Assembly: GCA_030674475.1 (NCBI GenBank)
Contig: JAUSCZ010000017.1
Span: forward strand, 110,755 to 174,754
DNA: 64,000 bases
Direction: 5' to 3'
DNA from: Candidatus Omnitrophota bacterium
Lineage (GTDB): Bacteria; Omnitrophota; Gorgyraeia; Gygaellales; UBA12090
The position numbers and the translations under genes were made by a program. Numbering within the stretch: position 1 is the stretch's first letter; each line of letters opens with the position of its first letter. The notes under the pieces were generated by a model. That model worked only from the letters and a program-made list of their open reading frames with translations. It ran no database searches and was not told the DNA's origin. Of this stretch, positions 57,902 through 64,000 are shown piece after piece.

Positions 57902-57929
57902 AGTATACCACATATTCCCTAAAATGCAA
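57902..57929 (-). promoter_or_regulatory. Promoter driving the riboswitch leader
   Basis: TTGCAT-16bp-TATACT with extended -10 TG. Confidence 0.6.
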
Positions 57930-57955
57930 ATTTTTTTACCGCTGGGTCCACTTTG

Positions 57956-58750
57956 TCAATACTGGTTAACACGGTTCGCCAATCTGGCAAAATCGGCCAG
58001 GGATAAATCTTCGGCCCGTAGGTTTGGTTTGAGCTTGGCTGATTTTAAGCAATCCTTAAGTAAAGGCTCAGGCAGTAATGAACCCAGGCTGTTTTTGAGG
58101 GATTTGCGGCGCTGATTAAAGGCACAGCGGATAAGCTTAAAGAATAATTGCTCATCACTCACCCTTACTTTAGGTTTAGAGAGTATTTTTAACTTCAGAA
58201 AACAGGAATCCACCTTGGGCGCCGGCCAAAAAGAGGTATTCTTGATAGGAAAAAGAATCTGGGCATCAGAATAAAATTGGATAAAACAACTAATTGAGCC
58301 GTATTCCTTGCTTCCCGGCCCGGTGGTTAAACGCGAAGCCAATTCTTTCTGCAAGGTGAGGTACATCTCTTTGATTACTTCTCTATGCTCAAACAGATGG
58401 GTGATAATCGGGGTGGAGATATAATAAGGCAGGTTGGCGATAACTTTAAGTTTTTTATCATTTTTGATAAAATCGCGGATATCGAACTTTAAGATATCCT
58501 GATTAATCAGCTCAAAATTCTGATAGCCGGAAAATTTATCCCTTAAAATCGCGCAAAGAGATGAGTCTATTTCAACGGCAATAACTTTTTTGACCTTCTC
58601 CAAGAGGAACGATGTCAGCTCCCCCCTTCCCGGTCCTATCTCTAAAACAACATCGCTTTTTTTGAGATTACCCGACTGGATTATCTTTTCTTGGATATTT
58701 TTATCAACTAAGAAATTCTGGCCTAAGCTTTTCTTAGGTTTTGGGCGCAT
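57956..58750 (-). CDS. rsmA: 16S rRNA dimethyladenosine transferase
   Basis: KKSLGQNFL, EIGPGRG, NLPYYIS, PAPKVDS. Confidence 0.97.
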   Translation of the reverse strand: MRPKPKKSLGQNFLVDKNIQEKIIQSGNLKKSDVVLEIGPGRGELTSFLLEKVKKVIAVEIDSSLCAILRDKFSGYQNFELINQDILKFDIRDFIKNDKKLKVIANLPYYISTPIITHLFEHREVIKEMYLTLQKELASRLTTGPGSKEYGSISCFIQFYSDAQILFPIKNTSFWPAPKVDSCFLKLKILSKPKVRVSDEQLFFKLIRCAFNQRRKSLKNSLGSLLPEPLLKDCLKSAKLKPNLRAEDLSLADFARLANRVNQY

Positions 58751-59679
58751 TGGATGGCGGTCTTAATGGCTTGAATCAGGGATTCGGCGGAGGCGGCGTT
58801 CTTTCCGGCGATATCAAAGGCAGTGCCGTGGGCTGTGGAAGTGCGCGCGAAAGGCAGGCCTAAGGTGACATTGACCGCGCCCTTAAAGCCGGTAAGCTTT
58901 AAGGGAATAAGCCCCTGGTCATGATACATCGCTATTATACAGGCAAATTCTTCAGCCTTTAAAAAAATGGTATCCGCGGGATACGGGCCGCTCACCGAAA
59001 TGCCTTTAGCTCTGGCCTTCTTTATTGCCGGGATAATAATCTGCTTTTCTTCTTCACCGATTGCGCCGTTATCAGAGGCGTGAGGATTTAGCCCGCAGAC
59101 GGCAATCTTGGGATGATTAATCCCGAATAAGCCGGCCAGGCCTTCGGCTGTCCCTAAGATAATTTTAAATATCTTCTCTTGGCTTAAAGATCCGGGAACA
59201 TCTTTTAAGCTGATATGTTGGGTAACTAAGGAAACCCTGAGTTTACGATTAAACAACATCATCACTTCATCCTTTACTCCAAAGTATTCCGCGATGTATT
59301 CGGTATGCCCCCGGTAACCACATCCGGCCAGCTTAAGCGCTTCTTTATTAATAGGACAGGTAACTAAGCAATCCGCTCTTTTTGCCTTAATCAATTCTAA
59401 AGCCTTTTCTAAATATTCCCAGGAAGCCCGGCCGTATTCAGCCCGGACCTTACCAAATTCAAAATTCTTCCTGGGAACATTCTCTAAATCTATGATTTTG
59501 AATTTTTGATTTTTCCTGCCGGACGGCAGGCTGGGATTTTTATTAAACGCCCAGGCGTCCCCGATAACCGTCCAATCCGCCAAACTTTTTACCTGCGGAC
59601 TGCTTAAAGCCTTAACGATAATCTCAGGCCCTATCCCGGAAGGATCCCCCATCGTTATCAGACATCTTATCTTAGGCAT
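58723..59679 (-). CDS. pdxA: 4-hydroxythreonine-4-phosphate dehydrogenase
   Basis: GDPSGIGPE, GHTE, LNPHA, YHDQG, HGTAFDIAG. Confidence 0.95.
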   Translation of the reverse strand: MPKIRCLITMGDPSGIGPEIIVKALSSPQVKSLADWTVIGDAWAFNKNPSLPSGRKNQKFKIIDLENVPRKNFEFGKVRAEYGRASWEYLEKALELIKAKRADCLVTCPINKEALKLAGCGYRGHTEYIAEYFGVKDEVMMLFNRKLRVSLVTQHISLKDVPGSLSQEKIFKIILGTAEGLAGLFGINHPKIAVCGLNPHASDNGAIGEEEKQIIIPAIKKARAKGISVSGPYPADTIFLKAEEFACIIAMYHDQGLIPLKLTGFKGAVNVTLGLPFARTSTAHGTAFDIAGKNAASAESLIQAIKTAIQCAQNLRKA

Positions 59680-59681
59680 AA

Positions 59682-60587
59682 TTATTCCGGTTTAATCTGA
59701 ATATAGGATTTTTCTTTTAAGCCCTCAATCCACTCCAGCATAGCCACGGCAAACTTCTCCTCAGAAAAATAGCTGTATATTCTGTCGTGAACCTCGGATA
59801 GGCCCTGAACCTTGGGAGGGAGTATCTCAAGAATCTTAAATATATAGTAACCGTTTCCCGCTTTGGCGGGATCGGATATTTCAAGGGCCTTCAGGCCGGA
59901 AAAACCCTCTTGAAGCTCAGGCCTAATCTGCTCTTTAGAAATAGTATCCTTGGCGTAGGCGGACTTATAAAGTTTAGCCGCCTCTTGAAAATCCATCCCG
60001 TTTTTTACGGCTTCGCTTAAATTGGCCAGCATAGCTTCATTTTCAATATAAAGGGTCTCTACGGTGCGGGTTTCCGTCAGGTTAAACAGCTCGGACTTAT
60101 TTTTCTCGTAAAACTTAGTTACCTCATCCGGGCTGACTACGATCTTATCCCGCACTTCTCTTTCAACCACCTCGCGCATTATCATCTGGTCGGCAACCTT
60201 ATCTTCCATATCCTTAACGGTCAGGCCTTTTTGTTTCAGGCTGTTCTCAAAATCAGTCTCTGAAGCGAAAGCGGCCTTCATCTGCGCTATCCTCTCTTTT
60301 ACTCTTTCAAGTCTGGCTTGATAGCCTTTGCGTTTAGCCTCCTGGAGAATAATTTTATCCTCCACCATCTTAGAAATAAGCTGTTCTTTCTCTTCCTTCA
60401 TTCTCTCATCCAGCTCTATTCCTTTATATTGCTGACCAAGCTGTAAGGATATTATACTTAAATATACATCCGCCTCAGACTGGGTGATGGTATCCTGATT
60501 GACTACGGCGATTATCCTGTCTACGGCGGATGAGTTAGAAACAAATGCTAAAAAAAGATAAAAAACAAAAAAAAGTCTTGCCAACAT
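59682..60587 (-). CDS. surA: SurA-like periplasmic chaperone / PpiC-type PPIase
   Basis: Signal peptide, VDRIIAVVNQDTIT, located between mfd and pdxA. Confidence 0.8.
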   Translation of the reverse strand: MLARLFFVFYLFLAFVSNSSAVDRIIAVVNQDTITQSEADVYLSIISLQLGQQYKGIELDERMKEEKEQLISKMVEDKIILQEAKRKGYQARLERVKERIAQMKAAFASETDFENSLKQKGLTVKDMEDKVADQMIMREVVEREVRDKIVVSPDEVTKFYEKNKSELFNLTETRTVETLYIENEAMLANLSEAVKNGMDFQEAAKLYKSAYAKDTISKEQIRPELQEGFSGLKALEISDPAKAGNGYYIFKILEILPPKVQGLSEVHDRIYSYFSEEKFAVAMLEWIEGLKEKSYIQIKPE

Positions 60588-60648
60588 CTAAGCCTCCGGC
60601 TATGAATAACAAACAAAAAATGTTGAATAATAAAGTATCAGTCAGCGT

Positions 60649-60724
60649 GTAGGGGTCAGCGTCCGCTGACCTTACAATATTCGTTGCCTTACCTGCCTGC
60701 CGGCAGGCAGGCGGCAACCGCTAC
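60649..60724 (+). repeat. Heterodimeric GTAG REP doublet with a 20-bp perfect palindrome insert
   Basis: GTAGGGGTCAGCGTCCGCTGACC..GTTGCCTTA[CCTGCCTGCCGGCAGGCAGG]CGGCAACCGCTAC. Confidence 0.88.
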
Positions 60725-60765
60725 TTCTTCATTCATCATTCCTGGTTCGCCATTCAATATTCTTC

Positions 60766-62703
60766 CTAATTATTTACACCTTTAGTTTTAAGGAAATCCA
60801 CTGCTTCTTTCAACAGGCGGCAGTAAAGGTCAAAACCCACGGCCTGGATATGGCCGTGCTGCTGGGTGCCCAGCAGATTTCCCGCCCCGCGAATCTCCAA
60901 GTCCTCCATTGCTATCCTAAAGCCTGAACCCAACTGAGAATATTCTTTTACTGCCTCTAAGCGCTTGCGGGCCTGCGGATTCAAGGGTTCATTCTTAGGA
61001 ATAAGAAAATAACTATAAGCCTTGCGGTCAAACCTGCCCACCCGTCCCCTGAGTTGATGCAAGTCGGACAAGCCAAAGGTGTGGGCATTATTAACTATTA
61101 TGGTATTGGCCCCGGGCACATCTATACCCGATTCAATAATAGCAGTAGAAACCAAACAGTCAATCTCTTTATCTAAAAACCTGACCATGACCTCTTCAAG
61201 CTCATGCTCGGGCATCTGTCCGTGGGCAGACACCACCCGCGCCTTGGAATCCGCTAAACTTCTCACCCTTTCACAAACCTCATCTATATCGTGCACCCGG
61301 TTATGCACAAAAAATACCTGGCCGCCTCTCTCTAATTCCCTCTTTAAGGCATAAGAGATAATCTCTTCATCATATTCAGCCACATAAGTAGCCACCGGCA
61401 TACGATTTTGCGGCGGGGTATTGATTGCTGAAATATCTCTCAACCCCATCAGCCCCATATAAAGAGTGCGCGGAATAGGGGTAGCGGTAAGGGTCAAAAC
61501 ATCCACATCGGTTTTTAAAGATTTGATCTTTTCCTTGTTCCTGACTCCGAAACGCTGCTCCTCATCAATAATCAAAAGCCCTAAATTCTTGAAAACGATA
61601 TCATCAGAAAGCAGGCGGTGGGTTCCGATGATTATATCCACGCTCCCCTTTTTTATCCCTTCTATGATTTCTTTTTGTTGGCTATCCGAACGGAATCGGG
61701 AAAGCATTTCCACGGCTACCGGAAAATCCTTAAGCCGGCGCCTGAAATTCTGATAGTGCTGTTCAGCCAGGATTGTAGTCGGCACCAAAATAGCCGCCTG
61801 CTTATTATCCATCACCGCTTTAAAGACCGCGCGCATAGCCACCTCGGTCTTGCCGTATCCCACATCGCCGCATAAAAGCCTATCCATCGCGCCAGGCGAC
61901 TCCATATCTTTTTTTACCTCTAAAACCGCCTTTTTCTGATCTGGGGTTTCGTGGTAAGGAAAGGTATTTTCAAAATCCGCCTGCCACTGAGTATCTTTAC
62001 TAAAGGCGAATCCTCCTAAGGCCAGCCTTTGGGCCTGCTGTCTCAGAAGGCCTACGGCAACCATAGCAATTGCCTTCTGGGCCCGGTTTTTTATTTTCTG
62101 CCATTCCTTGGTCCCTAAGCGATTAATTTTTGGCGGCCGGCCTTTTAAACCGATGAATTTCTGGATGAAATGAATATTTGAAGCAGGAACAAATAGCTTT
62201 TCTTTATTAGCGTATTCTATGACAAAAGCGTCCTGGAGGCCGCGGGCGGTCTTAATTTTCTCTAAGCCCAGATACCTGCCTATGCCGTGCTGGACATGCA
62301 CCACATAATCCCCTTTTTTCAGCTCAATAAATAACTCCAGAGGAATTTCCTGGTTGAACTTTATGGCCGGGGTCGTGGATTTAAGGTCAAAGCGGTTAGA
62401 AACGACTATTCGCGAATGATAGGCTTTATGCTTAGGAAGGATGATTACCGCGTTATGCGGGCCGAGGATTCTATTGGCCGCGATATCAATGCTGGAAACA
62501 GACTCTATTTTATTAAAATCAAATACCAGCCTGATCGGACACTCAAAAGAGGCAGGATAGATATCCATAACTTCTCCCCGCAAGGAGAAATCCCCTTCTT
62601 CCGCTACCTGTTCCTGACGGGAATATCCAAAACCCGCCAAATCCGAAGCTAACTGCTTAGGGTCTATCTGCTGGCCGACATAAAGTTTGAGGGATTTGAA
62701 CAT
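60766..62703 (-). CDS. mfd: Transcription-repair coupling factor, short form (645 aa)
   Basis: RID motif GDYVVHVQHGIGRY, CGDVGYGKTE, DEEQ, QLRGRVGR, DLEIRGAGNLLG. Confidence 0.9.
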   Translation of the reverse strand: MFKSLKLYVGQQIDPKQLASDLAGFGYSRQEQVAEEGDFSLRGEVMDIYPASFECPIRLVFDFNKIESVSSIDIAANRILGPHNAVIILPKHKAYHSRIVVSNRFDLKSTTPAIKFNQEIPLELFIELKKGDYVVHVQHGIGRYLGLEKIKTARGLQDAFVIEYANKEKLFVPASNIHFIQKFIGLKGRPPKINRLGTKEWQKIKNRAQKAIAMVAVGLLRQQAQRLALGGFAFSKDTQWQADFENTFPYHETPDQKKAVLEVKKDMESPGAMDRLLCGDVGYGKTEVAMRAVFKAVMDNKQAAILVPTTILAEQHYQNFRRRLKDFPVAVEMLSRFRSDSQQKEIIEGIKKGSVDIIIGTHRLLSDDIVFKNLGLLIIDEEQRFGVRNKEKIKSLKTDVDVLTLTATPIPRTLYMGLMGLRDISAINTPPQNRMPVATYVAEYDEEIISYALKRELERGGQVFFVHNRVHDIDEVCERVRSLADSKARVVSAHGQMPEHELEEVMVRFLDKEIDCLVSTAIIESGIDVPGANTIIVNNAHTFGLSDLHQLRGRVGRFDRKAYSYFLIPKNEPLNPQARKRLEAVKEYSQLGSGFRIAMEDLEIRGAGNLLGTQQHGHIQAVGFDLYCRLLKEAVDFLKTKGVNN

Positions 62704-62706
62704 TGT

Positions 62707-62844
62707 AACCGCAGAACCGCAGAGAACGCAGAATGATTTTTAAAAATAAATGTTTCCGCAGAAGCGCAGAGTAATTTATCTTATTAATTCAGCGCTTCCG
62801 CGTTTGCAAATTCAGCGCCTCTGCGGTTCTGCGGTTCTGCGGTT
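62707..62844. repeat. Inverted short-period repeat arms filling the secDF-mfd spacer
   Basis: AACCGCAG AACCGCAG AGAACGCAG ... CTGCGGTT x3. Confidence 0.7.
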
Positions 62845-64000
62845 CAGCGTTTCTTAGACCAGGCTAAAACTAACGGCGAAGCGATATAGACCGTAGAGTA
62901 TACGCCGGAAACAAAACCCACCAATAGGGTGAAGGCAAAATTATGCAAAACCTCACCTCCCCAGAAAAACAAAGCAATAACCATAAACAGGGTTACACCG
63001 CTGGTAAGGATAGTCCGGGATAACATCTGGTTCACACTCAGGTTAATAATCTCCGCCAAGTTGAGTTTACGCATCGCGCGCATATTCTCCCGCACCCGAT
63101 CATAGATAACAATGGTATCATTGATAGAATAACCGGCAATGGTCAAAAGCGCGGTAACTATCAAAAGGTCAATCTGTTTTCCGGTCAAAGCCAATACGCC
63201 CACGGTAACCAAGATATCATGAAAAAGGGCAATCACCCCGGCGATTCCAAAATTAAAATGCTTAAACCTAGAAGCCACATAGGCCAATATGCCTAACAAT
63301 GATAGCACCAAAGCCCAAACCGCTTTTTTGCTCAATTCCTTGCCTACTACCGGCCCCACCATTTCCACCCGCAGGATATTAAAAGGATTATCTTTAAAGC
63401 CTTCTTTTAGCTTATCCGCGAGGGCCTCTGAACTGTCAGCCGAGGTGCGAATCAGCACTATTTTAGGGTCTTCCTTAAACTGCTGGATTGAGGCTTCGGC
63501 AATACCGGCATCCTTAAGCACCCGGCGCATCTGATCAAGAGAAACCGGCTGAGTAAAACTAAATTCCTGAATTTTACCGCCGGAGAAATCTATCCCGTAG
63601 GCCTCTTTTCCTTTTGAGAAGAATGACCACAGGCCTACCGCTATCAGGATACAGGACAAGGCATAAAATATTTTTCTCTTGCCGATAAAATCCAGTTTTG
63701 TTTCGCCCATTATCTTAAGCATGGGAAGATTCTTAAAATTACGGTTCGACAATAATGTCTCAAAGATGGTGCGGGTAACGAATATGGCGGTAAACATACT
63801 GGCCAATAAACCCACGGTCAGGGTGAGGGCAAATCCGCGGATAGGCCCGGTGCCGAATTGAAACAAAAAGAAGGCCGCGATTAAAGTAGTAACATTAGAA
63901 TCAAAAATCGCGCTAAAGGCCTTGGAATAACCGTTAGTTATTGCCGCGTAAAGAGACTTACCTATTTTTAACTCCTCCCGGATACGCTCATTAATCAGCA
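62844..64000 (-). CDS. secDF: Fused protein translocase SecDF (5' part outside window)
   Basis: SecD C-terminus (INERIREE, FDSNVTT, GTGPIRGFALTL) in frame with SecF motifs (GIDFSGG, GYSINDTIVIYDRVRE). Confidence 0.92.
   Translation of the reverse strand, partial: LINERIREELKIGKSLYAAITNGYSKAFSAIFDSNVTTLIAAFFLFQFGTGPIRGFALTLTVGLLASMFTAIFVTRTIFETLLSNRNFKNLPMLKIMGETKLDFIGKRKIFYALSCILIAVGLWSFFSKGKEAYGIDFSGGKIQEFSFTQPVSLDQMRRVLKDAGIAEASIQQFKEDPKIVLIRTSADSSEALADKLKEGFKDNPFNILRVEMVGPVVGKELSKKAVWALVLSLLGILAYVASRFKHFNFGIAGVIALFHDILVTVGVLALTGKQIDLLIVTALLTIAGYSINDTIVIYDRVRENMRAMRKLNLAEIINLSVNQMLSRTILTSGVTLFMVIALFFWGGEVLHNFAFTLLVGFVSGVYSTVYIASPLVLAWSKKR

Noticed and set aside
57689-58115. Plus-strand ORFs upstream of pilA
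   Set aside because: They overlap the riboswitch, terminator and rsmA on the opposite strand.
60535-60717. ORF starting MPPACRQAGK (also 54583-54771, 36449-36655, 31502-31732, 37942-38205, 5143-5325)
   Set aside because: Translations of palindromic repeat DNA with no evidence of real genes.
3425-63861. Numerous short plus-strand and alternative-frame ORFs in the track
   Set aside because: They are shadows of well-supported minus-strand genes and have no recognisable motifs.
1-64000. tRNA, rRNA or transposase genes
   Set aside because: No cloverleaf or rRNA signatures and no DDE, HUH or recombinase ORF were recognised by eye.

Overview
Bacterial chromosomal segment in which essentially all real genes lie on the minus strand. 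The gene style (short Mfd, fused SecDF, pilMNOPQ, dense small palindromic repeats) suggests Candidatus Omnitrophota or a similar uncultured diderm anaerobe; this is inference only. Layout: (1) 1-5.1 kb holds an outer-membrane beta-barrel gene and toxin-antitoxin/defence-type accessory genes. (2) 5.2-37.9 kb is a ~33 kb surface-glycan locus (Wzx flippase, 4 GT2, 2 GT4, 2 GT-C membrane transferases, AsnB amidotransferase, epimerase, methyltransferases) carrying eight cobalamin-binding radical SAM genes plus one SPASM radical SAM, interrupted by a 3.55 kb direct-repeat-bounded accessory island. (3) 38-50 kb is housekeeping (tyrS, rpsA, plsC, pgm/pmm, rpe, nadD, proAB, obgE, rplU, rng; rpmA is missing from its usual slot). 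(4) 50-58 kb is a type IV pilus cluster. (5) 58-64 kb holds rsmA, pdxA, surA, a truncated mfd and secDF. Most notable: (a) palindromic micro-elements inserted in frame exactly at the G|FT prepilin cleavage codons of two minor pilins, regenerating the cleavage site so the insert sits in the discarded leader; (b) a GEMM-I riboswitch with A at the G20-equivalent position (candidate 3',3'-cGAMP sensor) upstream of the major pilin; (c) the B12-radical SAM expansion inside a glycan locus; (d) nested small palindromic elements with empty and filled alleles visible in the same window. No rRNA, tRNA, CRISPR array or transposase gene was seen.
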